Shown here: one piece after another, positions 9,509-19,287 of the stretch
How the letters are laid out: each line of letters starts with the position of its first letter
Numbering within the stretch: the first letter of the stretch is position 1
From: an uncultured Candidatus Saccharibacteria bacterium
GTDB lineage: Bacteria > Patescibacteriota > Minisyncoccia > Phycocordibacterales > WO2-35-19
DNA: 64,000 bases
Assembly (NCBI GenBank): GCA_964464975.1
Contig: CAYXKV010000001.1
Span: 457 to 64,456, forward strand
Reading direction: 5' to 3'
Program-made: the position numbers and the translations under genes
The notes under the pieces: model-generated
Database searches by the model: none
What the model was told of the DNA's origin: nothing
What the model saw: the letters and a program-made list of their open reading frames with translations, nothing else

Positions 9509-10100
9509 TTTCATAGAACACTTGAAAAAAACGCGAGTTTTAAAGACCGAGCAGATTAAAAATGCTTTTGAAAAAATCGACCGTAAAGATTTCGTCGATC
9601 CGGATTATGCCGAAGAGGCTTACGAAGATTATCCGCTCCCCATAAGCTACGGCCAGACTATTTCACAGCCGACAACCGTTGCCTTTATGCTCGAGCTTTT
9701 GGACCTTAAAGGCGACGAAAAGGTACTCGATGTAGGCTCCGGTTCTGGCTACACCACCGCTCTTCTTGCCGAAATCTTAAACGTCGGCGGAGAAGTTTTG
9801 GGGATAGAGCTTATTCCGGAGCTTGCAGAAAAAGGGAAGAGAAACCTCAATAGGTATAATTTTAAGAATGCCAGAATCGAGCATGGCGACGGCAGGAAAT
9901 TCGATAAGGATGAAATGTTCGACCGCATTTTGGTAAACGCTGCATCAGACGACATACCGGCAAATTTTACCAAACTTTTGAAGCCCGGAGGCATTGTGGT
10001 CATACCAGTGAGACACTCGATAGTCAAAATCGAAAAGAATAGCAATGGCGACTTGAGCGGCAGGGAATTCCCTGGATTTTCTTTCGTCCCACTGAAATAA
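9492..10100 (+). CDS. pcm: Protein-L-isoaspartate O-methyltransferase
   Basis: TISQPTTVAFMLELL and the SAM motif VLDVGSGSGYTTALLA. Confidence 0.8.
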   Translation: MNTKSDFIEHLKKTRVLKTEQIKNAFEKIDRKDFVDPDYAEEAYEDYPLPISYGQTISQPTTVAFMLELLDLKGDEKVLDVGSGSGYTTALLAEILNVGGEVLGIELIPELAEKGKRNLNRYNFKNARIEHGDGRKFDKDEMFDRILVNAASDDIPANFTKLLKPGGIVVIPVRHSIVKIEKNSNGDLSGREFPGFSFVPLK

Positions 10101-10142
10101 CTTGTGCTTAGCACGTAGCACCTAGAAACTAGAACTCAGAAC

Positions 10143-10397
10143 ATGAGAGCTTTCAAACAAAATGTGCTCAATATTGTAAAGGGGATACCCAAAGGCAAGG
10201 TGATGACTTACAAGGAAGTCGCCAGAGCTACAGGCTCACCTCGGGCATATCAAGCCGTCGGAAATATTTTGAACCAAAATTATGATCCTCGCATTCCGTG
10301 CCACAGGGTCATCCGCTCCGACGGCAAAGCCGGCGGATACAACCGCGGGAAAAACAAAAAACTAAAAATCCTAAAATCAGAAGCGGTCAAATTCTAA
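10143..10397 (+). CDS. Standalone methylated-DNA-protein-cysteine methyltransferase (MGMT) C-terminal domain protein
   Basis: 84-aa ORF with the PCHRV active-site motif and a DNA-binding HTH, but no N-terminal Ogt domain. Confidence 0.6.
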   Translation: MRAFKQNVLNIVKGIPKGKVMTYKEVARATGSPRAYQAVGNILNQNYDPRIPCHRVIRSDGKAGGYNRGKNKKLKILKSEAVKF

Positions 10398-10546
10398 AAA
10401 TAAAATTACAACTTTTTTACGATCGTAAGGATATTGTAAATGCATTTATACAAAATGTGCGCTTACCCGTCCGAAGTCTTGACGAAGGAGAGGCCGCATG
10501 AAAATAAGCGATTCTAAACCATTAATTTTTTTGGTAAGATTGCATT

Positions 10547-11152
10547 ATGTCGCAAACTATCGAGGAAAGGAGAGAAATGATGAGAAAAATAAGGGACGAA
10601 GTGGTCTCTCTCAAGGAGTCGCCCCTGTATGAATTCAGGATTGAGAACAAAAACCTTCCGGTTATCGGAGAGGGCAGCCATTTTGCAAAGATAATGTTTA
10701 TTGGAGAAGCCCCGGGCAGGAACGAAGCGAAATACGGCAGGCCCTTCTGCGGCCGCGCGGGAGATATTTTGAATGAGCTACTTGCTGGTGTTGCTATAAG
10801 AAGAGAGGATGTTTATATAACAAACATAGTCAAAGATCGACCACCTGCAAACCGGGATCCTTTACCAGGCGAAATAGAAATTTATGGACCTTTTTTGGAT
10901 AGGCAGGTTGAAATTATTGAGCCAAAAGTTATTGTTACACTCGGGCGTTATTCGATGTATTACATAATGCCCAAATTCGGTCTAGAATTTGAATTGGAAC
11001 CAATAAGCAAAAATCACGGCAAAGTTTTTGATGGGCAAGCCAGCTATGGCCCTATTAAGATCGTGCCTCTCTATCATCCAGCTGTCGCTGTCTACAATAG
11101 GCACACCTTGGATTTACTCAAAAAAGATTTTGAAGTTCTCAGGGAATTGTAG
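10547..11152 (+). CDS. Uracil-DNA glycosylase, family 4
   Basis: GEAPGRNEAKYGRPFCGRAGDILNELL matches the family-4 UDG motif. Confidence 0.8.
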   Translation: MSQTIEERREMMRKIRDEVVSLKESPLYEFRIENKNLPVIGEGSHFAKIMFIGEAPGRNEAKYGRPFCGRAGDILNELLAGVAIRREDVYITNIVKDRPPANRDPLPGEIEIYGPFLDRQVEIIEPKVIVTLGRYSMYYIMPKFGLEFELEPISKNHGKVFDGQASYGPIKIVPLYHPAVAVYNRHTLDLLKKDFEVLREL

Positions 11153-11164
11153 TATGGTTTTCAC

Positions 11165-12973
11165 ATGAAGTATAAAACTGAGTGGGATCTGGGGTTAATT
11201 TATAAAGGAGATGCTAGCCCGCAGGTCAGAAAGGATTGCACCGCGATAAAGAAAGCATATCTTGCCTTCGCCAGGAAATACCGCAAGGACAAAAAGCACC
11301 TCAAGGATCCGAGGGCTTTGAGGCGTGCCTTTGAGGAATACGAAAGGCTTGGCAAAAATCCGGCAGGAGAGCGCCCGATAATGTATTTCTCCTACCGCAA
11401 GAGTCTCAATTCCCAGGACAATGAAGCGGTAGCAGAGCTTATGAAGCTCTCAGATTTCTTCGCAAATCTTTCAAATGAGCTCGAATTCTTCATGCTCGGG
11501 CTCGGCAAAGTCGGGAAGCCCGTGCAGAAAAAGTTTTTGAAGAGCAAAGAGCTTAAGCCGTTCAGGTATTTTCTTAAAAAGCTTTTTGAGAATGCGCGGC
11601 ACCATCTTTCCGAGCCGGAGGAGAAAATAATGAACCTGAAGAGTCTACCTTCGCATGGAATGTGGGTTTCCGGCTTTTCGAGGCTTCTTAACAAGCAAAC
11701 GGTGGTATTCGAAGGCAAGGAAATACCGGTTTCCGAAGCGGGGGTGCTCATCCCCACTCTCGACACTTCCAGGCGCAGAGCATTGCATCGCGACCTTATG
11801 AGGGTTTTTCAGGGTGTTTCCGACTTTTCAGAAAGCGAGTTGAATGCAGTAGTGACAAACAAAAAAATTAGCGACAAGCTACGCGGGTTCAGGACCCCAT
11901 ACGAGTCGACGGTCAAAACTTATGAGAATGATCTGAAAACTGTGAAAGACTTGGTTAGCGAAGTTACCAAAAACTTCCACATTGCACACAGGTTTTTCAA
12001 GATTAAGTCAGAGATGCTCGGCGAAGCGAGGCTCTCATATGCGGACAGAGCGGCGAGGGTGGGGGAAGCGCTTGTAAGGATGCCTTTCGAACAGGCGGTG
12101 GATAAGGTGATCAGATCCTTCAGGGAAGCTCACAGGGAATTCGGCGATCATATTGAAGAGATGTTCATAAACGGCGAGGTTGACGTCTTTCCAAAAAAGG
12201 GCAAATCAAGCGGAGCATTCTGCTCGTCGAGTTCCACTCTTCCGACATTTGTTCTCCTAAACCACGTGGACGACTTCCGTTCGCTTACTACTCTTGCCCA
12301 CGAGATGGGCCACGCTCTTCACAGCAAATATGCCCAGAAGCAAAGACCGATTTATGAAGACTATACCATTTCCGTCGCCGAAGTTGCGAGTACATTTTTC
12401 GAAAACCTTGTTTTTGAAAGCGCCATGGAGGAAGTGGGGGAGAAGGAGAGGATGGTCCTCCTGCACGACAAAATAAATGACGATATTTCTACTATTTTTC
12501 GCCAAATCGCCTGTTTCAATTTTGAAGCGAAACTTCATGAGACCATAAGGAAGGAGGGTTTCCTTCCAAAAGAAAAAATTGCCGAGATGATGAACAATCA
12601 CATGAAAAGCTATCTTGGACCTCGTTTCGATTTGGAGGCAAGCGATGGATATTTCTTCGTAAACTGGTCCCATATCAGGAGCTTTTTCTACGTTTACTCA
12701 TACGCCTTCGGCCAACTTGTGTCAGACGCTCTCTATGAGATGTACAGAGAGGATAAAGGCAACATCAAAAAGGTGATAAAATTCATGGAAGCGGGAGGTT
12801 CGGAAAGTCCAGAGAACATTTTCAGGTCGGTAGGCATAAATCCGGACAAGAGGTTTTTCGAAAAGGGTCTCAAGAAAATCCAAAAAAATGTGGCGCTCCT
12901 CGAGCGCCTTTGGATCGAAAATGGCCCGGACCCCAAATTTTTGACACCGATTCTGTATAATTATCAGCAATAA
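11165..12973 (+). CDS. pepF: Oligoendopeptidase F (M3B metallopeptidase)
   Basis: HEMGHALH zinc motif in a PepF-sized protein (602 aa). Confidence 0.85.
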   Translation: MKYKTEWDLGLIYKGDASPQVRKDCTAIKKAYLAFARKYRKDKKHLKDPRALRRAFEEYERLGKNPAGERPIMYFSYRKSLNSQDNEAVAELMKLSDFFANLSNELEFFMLGLGKVGKPVQKKFLKSKELKPFRYFLKKLFENARHHLSEPEEKIMNLKSLPSHGMWVSGFSRLLNKQTVVFEGKEIPVSEAGVLIPTLDTSRRRALHRDLMRVFQGVSDFSESELNAVVTNKKISDKLRGFRTPYESTVKTYENDLKTVKDLVSEVTKNFHIAHRFFKIKSEMLGEARLSYADRAARVGEALVRMPFEQAVDKVIRSFREAHREFGDHIEEMFINGEVDVFPKKGKSSGAFCSSSSTLPTFVLLNHVDDFRSLTTLAHEMGHALHSKYAQKQRPIYEDYTISVAEVASTFFENLVFESAMEEVGEKERMVLLHDKINDDISTIFRQIACFNFEAKLHETIRKEGFLPKEKIAEMMNNHMKSYLGPRFDLEASDGYFFVNWSHIRSFFYVYSYAFGQLVSDALYEMYREDKGNIKKVIKFMEAGGSESPENIFRSVGINPDKRFFEKGLKKIQKNVALLERLWIENGPDPKFLTPILYNYQQ

Positions 12974-13003
12974 TGTCTAAAAAATTAATTAACAGAATCA
13001 AAT

Positions 13004-13258
13004 ATGAAAATTCACAAAGTTGCCCGCGAGGTTAAGGAACAGATCCTCAACCGCATTAAAAACGAAGGGGTCTCAATTGCTAAAGCGGCAGAAGAACATG
13101 GCATATCTGACCGAACCATCCATGGCTGGCTCAGGAAAAAAGTTGAAGGGTATCCGGTCATGTCAGACGTGCTCAAGCTCAAACGAGAGAACACCGCTCT
13201 CAAGGAGCTCGTGGGTGAGATCACCTTGAAGCTTTCTGAAACCCAAAAAAAGAATTGA
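13004..13258 (+). CDS. IS3-family transposase OrfA (HTH)
   Basis: 84-aa protein with an HTH (GVSIAKAAEEHGISDRTIHGWLRK) and a coiled-coil C-terminus. Confidence 0.75.
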   Translation: MKIHKVAREVKEQILNRIKNEGVSIAKAAEEHGISDRTIHGWLRKKVEGYPVMSDVLKLKRENTALKELVGEITLKLSETQKKN

Positions 13259-14064
13259 TACAAGAAGAGAGCAAAACTTCCAAAACTCTGAGGGCCACAG
13301 AGTTTGGGGTCTCGAGGCAAGGTTTGTACTACAAACCCAAGAAACCGGACAAGGACTGGCAGCTCAAGTGCCGAATCGAAGAAGTACTTAGAACTCCGGG
13401 CAAACACTCGTACGGCTCCCGAAGAATCGCCTGGGAACTCAATATGAACAGGAAGCCGATCAAACGGATAATGAACCTTTTTGGCATCAAACCATATCGT
13501 CGCAGAGGCGGAAAATGGCTTAATACAAAGAAAATCGAGCACAAGTTCCCTAATCTCTTACTCACTGAATATCCATCGTGTCCCAACAAAATCTGGGTCT
13601 CGGATTTTACCTTAATCCAGTATTACAACCAAAAGATATACCTCTGCACCGTGATGGATTTGTGGAACCGAGAAATCGTTGGTCTCTCCGTTTTGACCAA
13701 CCACAGTCTTCAGCTTGTACTCAACGCTTTCCTCTCCGCTCTCCACAATCATCCGAGACCGGAGATCTTCCACTCCGACAACGGATCCGAATACGATGCC
13801 AAAGCTTTCGTCCAGATGCTAACTGAACTCAATGTTAAAATCTCCCGCTCCAAACCAGGTTGTCCTTGGGAGAATAGCTATCAAGAGTCATTCTACGACA
13901 AATTCAAAATTGATCTGGGAGACCCCAACCGCTTCGATTCCCTTGGCGAGCTCATCTACAACATCTATCATCAAATATATTTCTACAATCACGAGAGAAT
14001 CCATTCTGCTCTTAAAATGTCGCCGATTCAATTCACAGTTTTTTCCCAAAATGCTAAAATGTAA
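13255..14064 (+). CDS. IS3-family transposase OrfB (DDE integrase)
   Basis: IWVSDFT..., HSDNGSEY and WENSYQESF form the DDE triad. The frame is -1 relative to orfA. Confidence 0.8.
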   Translation: MIQEESKTSKTLRATEFGVSRQGLYYKPKKPDKDWQLKCRIEEVLRTPGKHSYGSRRIAWELNMNRKPIKRIMNLFGIKPYRRRGGKWLNTKKIEHKFPNLLLTEYPSCPNKIWVSDFTLIQYYNQKIYLCTVMDLWNREIVGLSVLTNHSLQLVLNAFLSALHNHPRPEIFHSDNGSEYDAKAFVQMLTELNVKISRSKPGCPWENSYQESFYDKFKIDLGDPNRFDSLGELIYNIYHQIYFYNHERIHSALKMSPIQFTVFSQNAKM

Positions 14065-14127
14065 TCATAGAATCAGTGTCTAAAGAAAAGGGTCCACTAC
14101 AAAACAAGAAATCCTTCTGAACAAGAA

Positions 14128-14748
14128 ATGAAAAATAAAAGAAATAAAAATTCGAAAAACGACATAAAGAAAATCGCGAACTTTCTTTTTGAAGTAGGCA
14201 TCTTAGCCCGTACCCCGCGCAGCGGCTTTCACTTTTTGGGAACCGGACACCAGACTGTTGCGGAGCACATAAACCGCGTTTCTTATATCGGAATGATGCT
14301 TTCCTTCATGGATGGCGGCGTAGATGTTTCAAAAGTCTTGCAGATGTGTCTGCTCCACGATATCTCTGAAACGCGCATTTCGGATTTAAATTACGTCCAC
14401 CAAAAATACGTCGAGCGCAAAGAGCGGGAGGCTCATGTCGATATTGCCAAAGCCGTGCCTTTTGGCGATAAATTCCTTTCGCTTATCGACGAATATGAGG
14501 AGAGGGGGAGCAGGGAAGCTATTTTAGTCAAAGACGCTGACAATCTGGAGTGGATTCTTGCCCTCAAGGAAGAGGTAGATACAGGTAACAGCCGCGCTCT
14601 CGACTGGATTGTCCCTGCAATAAAGAGGCTCAAGACTAAGGAAGGGAAAGCTATCGCAAAAGAGATAATGAAAACCGACTCCAACGACTGGTGGTTCGAT
14701 AAAAAGAGCCAAAAAAGCAGTTGGTGGGTTAATAGAAATAAAAAATAA
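14128..14748 (+). CDS. HD-domain phosphohydrolase (YfbR-like 5'-nucleotidase family)
   Basis: H...HD motif (AEHINRVSYIGMML...LLHDISETRISD). Confidence 0.7.
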   Translation: MKNKRNKNSKNDIKKIANFLFEVGILARTPRSGFHFLGTGHQTVAEHINRVSYIGMMLSFMDGGVDVSKVLQMCLLHDISETRISDLNYVHQKYVERKEREAHVDIAKAVPFGDKFLSLIDEYEERGSREAILVKDADNLEWILALKEEVDTGNSRALDWIVPAIKRLKTKEGKAIAKEIMKTDSNDWWFDKKSQKSSWWVNRNKK

Positions 14749-14751
14749 AAC

Positions 14752-15036
14752 ATGAAAATTTTTCAAATATTCGTGACAATTATGGGAGTAGTTATGTCTC
14801 TCGGATATTTCCCGCAAGCCTATAAAATATGGAGAAGTAAGTCTTCTGAAAATATTTCTATTCCAACTTTTGTAATATTCGCCATTGGAACATTAACTTG
14901 GCTCATTTATGGAATTTTGATAGATGACATCATTGTCATACTAGGTTTTGTAATAGGTGTGATTGGTTCCTGGTCAGTGTTGTCCTTGTCTATTTTTTAT
15001 AATAAGAAGAAAGAAAAACTAGACGATATTTCATAA
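14752..15036 (+). CDS. SemiSWEET / PQ-loop sugar transporter (3-TM)
   Basis: 94-aa protein with three TM helices and a PQ motif (YFPQAYKIWRSKSSENIS) in TM1. Confidence 0.6.
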   Translation: MKIFQIFVTIMGVVMSLGYFPQAYKIWRSKSSENISIPTFVIFAIGTLTWLIYGILIDDIIVILGFVIGVIGSWSVLSLSIFYNKKKEKLDDIS

Positions 15037-15107
15037 ATTGATTTTTGGCCCTATTTTTGCTTATTTCTAAGGCAAAGATATACGAAAAATATGCTATCTT
15101 AGTAGGT

Positions 15108-16916
15108 ATGAAATCGGAAGAAGTAAGAAAAAGATTTTTGGAGTTTTTCCGGAAGCGGGGGCACACTATCTTGCCCAGCGCCTCCCTTGTGCCCGAAAAT
15201 GATCCGTCTGTGCTTTTCACTACTGCCGGCATGCAGCCTTTGGTGCCCTTTCTTATGGGCGAAGAGCACCCCGGAGGCAAAAGGCTTGCAAATGTCCAGA
15301 AGTGCGTCCGAACAGGAGACATAGACGAGATCGGCGACAACACGCATCTGACTTTTTTTGAAATGATGGGCAACTGGTCGCTTGGCGATTATTTCAAAAA
15401 AGAAGCCATTCTGTGGAGCTTCGAACTTTTAACTGACAAGAAGGACGGCTTCGGGCTCGACCCGAGAAGGCTTTATGTCACCTGTTTCGAGGGCAATTCG
15501 GATGCACCCAAGGATGAGGAGTCTGCCGGAATTTGGAAAGACATTTTTGAAAGGAAAGGGATAAAAGGGGAGAGGATATATTTTATGCCTGCTAAAAACA
15601 ACTGGTGGCAACCCGGACCAAACGGCCCTTGCGGTCCGGATACCGAGATGTTTTATGATCTTACGGGCAAGCTCATAGAGGGAATGAACAAAGAGGAGTT
15701 CCTGAAAGCAGACGAAGATCAGAGAATCGTTGAGATCTGGAACGACGTCTTTATGGAATTTTTGAAAAAGGACGATCAAGTGGTCGGCAAACTTGAGGTC
15801 AAAAACGTCGATACCGGATCCGGGTTGGAGCGGGTAACTGCCGTGCTTCAAGGTAAAAGAAGTGTTTTTGAGACCGATCTTTTCGAGTCCATCATTTCAA
15901 AAATCAGGGAGCTTTCAGGAGTGTCAAAGGTGCCCTTTGACACTACGAAAGCGGAGAGAATAATTGCCGATCATATAAGGTCTGCCGTGTTTATGGTGGC
16001 AGACGGTGTAGCTCCTTCAAACACTGATCAGGGGTATGTGTTGCGCAGGCTCTTGCGCCGCGCCGTTAGATACGCAGATATTTTAGGATTTGAAAGGGGT
16101 GGGTTGAGTAAAATTGTCGATCCGATTGCAGAAAAGTACGGTGGAATTTATCAGAAAATCGAAAACCAAAAAACGAGAATTAAAATTGAAATTCAAAACG
16201 AGGAGGAAAAATTCAAGAAAACTTTAGAAAAGGGAATGAGGGAGTTTGAAAAGATCGTAAAAAACAAAGGCGGAATTTCAGGCGAAGACGCTTTCAATTT
16301 ATATCAAACTTACGGATTCCCGTGGGAGCTGACTAAGGAACTTGCCCAGTCAAAAGGGATTTTACTGATTGGGATCGGCTCCGGATTTGAGACAGAATTT
16401 AAAAAACACCAGGAGTTGTCTAGATCCAGGTCGGAACAGAAATTTAAAGGGGGACTGGGGGGGACTGGAGAAATGGAGACCAAGTACCACACCGCTACCC
16501 ACATCTTGAGACAAGCACTGGAGGATGTATTGAATGAAAAAATTACTCAGAAGGGAAGCAACATCACGGCTGAGCGGCTGCGGTTTGATTTCACCTTTAG
16601 TCGCAAGATGACCGAGGAGGAAAAGAAAAAGGTTGAAGACTTGGTAAACCAGAAAATTTCTGAAAATCTGCCGGTTAAAAAAATTTTGATGAAAAGGGAA
16701 GAAGCCGAGAAAACCGGAGCAGCTCACGTGTTCGGAGAAAAGTACGGTGATGAAGTGAGTATATACTATATTGGGGACACTCTCCACACCGCTTGGTCAA
16801 AAGAATTTTGCGGCGGCCCACATTCTCGCAATACCGGCAATTTAGGGAAATTTAAAATTTTGAAGGAAGAAGCGGTCGCCTCCGGCGTTCGTCGCATTAA
16901 AGCAATTCTCGAATAA
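15108..16916 (+). CDS. alaS: Alanyl-tRNA synthetase, short form lacking the C-terminal C-Ala domain
   Basis: Catalytic core (FTTAGMQPLVPF). The editing domain has HxxxH (HTATHIL) and CGGPH. The start is set at MKSEEV. The protein ends after the editing domain, at about 600 aa. Confidence 0.85.
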   Translation: MKSEEVRKRFLEFFRKRGHTILPSASLVPENDPSVLFTTAGMQPLVPFLMGEEHPGGKRLANVQKCVRTGDIDEIGDNTHLTFFEMMGNWSLGDYFKKEAILWSFELLTDKKDGFGLDPRRLYVTCFEGNSDAPKDEESAGIWKDIFERKGIKGERIYFMPAKNNWWQPGPNGPCGPDTEMFYDLTGKLIEGMNKEEFLKADEDQRIVEIWNDVFMEFLKKDDQVVGKLEVKNVDTGSGLERVTAVLQGKRSVFETDLFESIISKIRELSGVSKVPFDTTKAERIIADHIRSAVFMVADGVAPSNTDQGYVLRRLLRRAVRYADILGFERGGLSKIVDPIAEKYGGIYQKIENQKTRIKIEIQNEEEKFKKTLEKGMREFEKIVKNKGGISGEDAFNLYQTYGFPWELTKELAQSKGILLIGIGSGFETEFKKHQELSRSRSEQKFKGGLGGTGEMETKYHTATHILRQALEDVLNEKITQKGSNITAERLRFDFTFSRKMTEEEKKKVEDLVNQKISENLPVKKILMKREEAEKTGAAHVFGEKYGDEVSIYYIGDTLHTAWSKEFCGGPHSRNTGNLGKFKILKEEAVASGVRRIKAILE

Positions 16917-16988
16917 TTTTCTTTTAAGAATTTCAATGGTTTCCACAATTTGATTGAGGAAAGAGTAAAACGGCGCTATAATCGTAAT

Positions 16989-18416
16989 ATGCCAACAAGA
17001 ATCAAATTTGACGATGTCACTCCTCCTGAGAAAAGAAGTATTCGCAACATTCCCATACCCAAATCAAGCAAGCGCAAGCAGCCCATCATCATTACTCCGG
17101 AAAATCAGGTACAGCTGGAGCCGAAAAAGGATTTCATACCACTTAATCAGGTCAGGGAAGATATAGTGGAAAAGAAGGATCAGGCGGTCTACCAATATTA
17201 TTACCCGCAGGCTGAGTCGCCGGTCACAGAGAAGATCAACGAGTATGTAGAGAAACCAAAGAAAAAAAGGCGTTTTCTTTATGCTTCCATTGTAGTGCTT
17301 GCCGTCTTAGCTTTTATTTTCGGTATGATGACGGTTTTTGCCTCTGCCACAGTTGAGGTCACCCCGAAAACTCTGATTGTATCCGTTTCCGACCCGTTAG
17401 TCCTTGCTCTCGACAATACAGTCACCGGTGCGCTGCGTTATGAGGTCGTAAGGCTATCGAAGACAAAGACGGTCTCCCTCAAAGCCACCGGAGAAGAAGC
17501 CGTGGAAACCAAAGCAAGCGGTAAAATAATTATCTACAATAATTTTTCCGAAGAGCCGCAGAGGCTTATTGTCCGTACGAGATTTGAAACTCCGGAAGGT
17601 TTAATTTATAGGATTGCCGAATCAGTGGTAGTACCAGGCAAAACAGTCAAAGGCACCGTTGAGACTCCGGGGAGCATTGAGGCAGTGGTTTATGCGGATG
17701 AACCGGGAGAAAAATACAACATAGGTAAGACTGATTTTACAATTCCAGGCTTTAAGAATGATGCTTCGAGATTTAAATCATTTTATGCAAGATCGGCTTC
17801 AGATATGACAGGCGGCTTTATTGGCAAGCGTAAGACTGTTGAGACTTTTGAGAAGGAGGCGGCTTTCAAGTCGATCGATGAACAGCTGCGGTCTGAGCTT
17901 ACAATGGAGATGGATACTAAGGTACCGGAAGGGATGGTCATGCTTGACGGTTCCCAGATATTTGAGTCTTTTGAGTCATCTCAAAATGACGACGGCTCGT
18001 CAGTAACGCTAGGCAGGGAAGGCATACTTTATACTTTGATTATAAACGAAAAGGATCTTTCTGATAAATTAGTGGCTACTTATATGGCCTCTTTCCCCGC
18101 CTGGCAGGGCATAAATGCTAAAGTTATGGAATTTTCCGGATTAAAAATCTCAAAAAAGCCCGACTCCTTCGGTTCAGGAGGCAAAATAGACATTGAGGCT
18201 TCTGGGAGCGTAAAGGTAACTGCAGATTTGGCTACTGACTCAATAAGCGAAATACTTTCCGGCAAACCCAGAAGAGAGGCCGCTATGCTTATTGACGAAT
18301 TTGGAGGCATCTCAAGCGTCAAGACCACCATAAGACCTATGTGGAAGAGATCCTTCCCCGGTAATCCTTTGAAAATACACACAATTCTTACCTATCAGGA
18401 GTCTTCCCAAAATTAG
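16989..18416 (+). CDS. Hypothetical membrane-anchored protein
   Basis: Long ORF with a single TM (FLYASIVVLAVLAFIFGMMTVFA). TATAAT lies 6 nt upstream of the ATG at 16989. Confidence 0.5.
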   Translation: MPTRIKFDDVTPPEKRSIRNIPIPKSSKRKQPIIITPENQVQLEPKKDFIPLNQVREDIVEKKDQAVYQYYYPQAESPVTEKINEYVEKPKKKRRFLYASIVVLAVLAFIFGMMTVFASATVEVTPKTLIVSVSDPLVLALDNTVTGALRYEVVRLSKTKTVSLKATGEEAVETKASGKIIIYNNFSEEPQRLIVRTRFETPEGLIYRIAESVVVPGKTVKGTVETPGSIEAVVYADEPGEKYNIGKTDFTIPGFKNDASRFKSFYARSASDMTGGFIGKRKTVETFEKEAAFKSIDEQLRSELTMEMDTKVPEGMVMLDGSQIFESFESSQNDDGSSVTLGREGILYTLIINEKDLSDKLVATYMASFPAWQGINAKVMEFSGLKISKKPDSFGSGGKIDIEASGSVKVTADLATDSISEILSGKPRREAAMLIDEFGGISSVKTTIRPMWKRSFPGNPLKIHTILTYQESSQN

Positions 18417-18469
18417 CTTGACACACAAGGCTCAAATATGATAGCTTTGTCTTGTTGTTTTATTTTTAA

Positions 18470-18718
18470 ATGGCAGATAAAAAAAGGCAAGATGTAACGA
18501 TAGGCACGGTCACGGAGACGTTTCCAAATGCGCTTTTCCGTGTCAGAATCACCGAAAACGGCGACGAGAAGGTTATCTTAACTTATCTGTCAGGAAAAAT
18601 GAGGCTCAACAGGATCAAAGTCATTATCGGCGATGCTGTTGAGGTCGTGCTTGATCCGTACGGCGGGAAAGGCAGGATTGTAAGAAGACTCGACAACAAA
18701 AACACGGCCGTTAGTTAA
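18470..18718 (+). CDS. infA: Translation initiation factor IF-1
   Basis: S1-like fold; [34 protein letters not shown]. Confidence 0.9.
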   Translation: MADKKRQDVTIGTVTETFPNALFRVRITENGDEKVILTYLSGKMRLNRIKVIIGDAVEVVLDPYGGKGRIVRRLDNKNTAVS

Positions 18719-18835
18719 ATGAAGGTAAAGGCTTCGATCAAGAAGATGTGTTCGAAATGCAAACTCGTGCGTCGACGCGGTGTTTTGTTTGTTATATGCG
18801 AAAGCAACCCCAAACATAAGCAGAGACAGGGTTAA
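18719..18835 (+). CDS. rpmJ: 50S ribosomal protein L36
   Basis: Not in the ORF track (<60 aa). Translation [38 protein letters not shown] shows the C-x2-C...C-x4-H zinc ribbon. The start codon directly abuts the infA stop. Confidence 0.85.
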   Translation: MKVKASIKKMCSKCKLVRRRGVLFVICESNPKHKQRQG

Positions 18836-18850
18836 AACAATATCAGAAGA

Positions 18851-19231
18851 ATGAGAATTTTAGGTATAACATTGCCGGACAATAAGAGAGCGGAGATCGG
18901 CCTTACGACCCTTTTTGGCATCGGACGTTCCAAGGCACAGCAGATTTTGAAACAGGCAGGTGTCGATTTCGGACTAAAGATAAAGGATTTAAATGAAAAC
19001 CAGGAAAAGGAAATAAAAAAAATTATTGAGACTATAAAGATAGAAGGTGATTTGAAAAGAGAGATTTCGGGCAACATAAAGAGGCTCAAGGATATCAAAT
19101 GCTACCGAGGAACAAGGCACGAAAGGGGACTGCCAGTGAGAGGTCAAAGGACCAAGACCAATTCCAGGACCAGGAGAGGCAACGTAAGAAAGACCATGGG
19201 CACAGGAAGAAGAGCCGTGGAGAAGAAGTAG
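18851..19231 (+). CDS. rpsM: 30S ribosomal protein S13
   Basis: [33 protein letters not shown]. Confidence 0.9.
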   Translation: MRILGITLPDNKRAEIGLTTLFGIGRSKAQQILKQAGVDFGLKIKDLNENQEKEIKKIIETIKIEGDLKREISGNIKRLKDIKCYRGTRHERGLPVRGQRTKTNSRTRRGNVRKTMGTGRRAVEKK

Positions 19232-19287
19232 CCCCACCACTAGCACCTGCCCAAAGAGGAGGGGATAAAAATATAAATTCAATAAAA

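Larger units (their letters stand above)
12976..14110 (+). mobile_element. IS3-family insertion sequence (orfA/orfB with -1 frameshift); ends only approximate
   Basis: orfA has an HTH and orfB an intact DDE triad, with a 4-nt overlap. The A AAA AAG slippery heptamer is at 13244-13251. The element sits in the pepF / HD-gene intergenic region. No clean terminal inverted repeats were identified. Confidence 0.6.

Noticed and set aside
10298-10501. 67-aa ORF overlapping the MGMT gene's 3' end and the intergenic region
   Set aside because: Highly basic low-complexity translation of an A-rich region; no support.
13012-13826. ORFs 13012-13542 (minus), 13020-13229, 13578-13826 and 13832-14083 inside the IS element
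   Set aside because: They overlap the transposase orfA/orfB frames, which have clear IS3 homology and DDE motifs.
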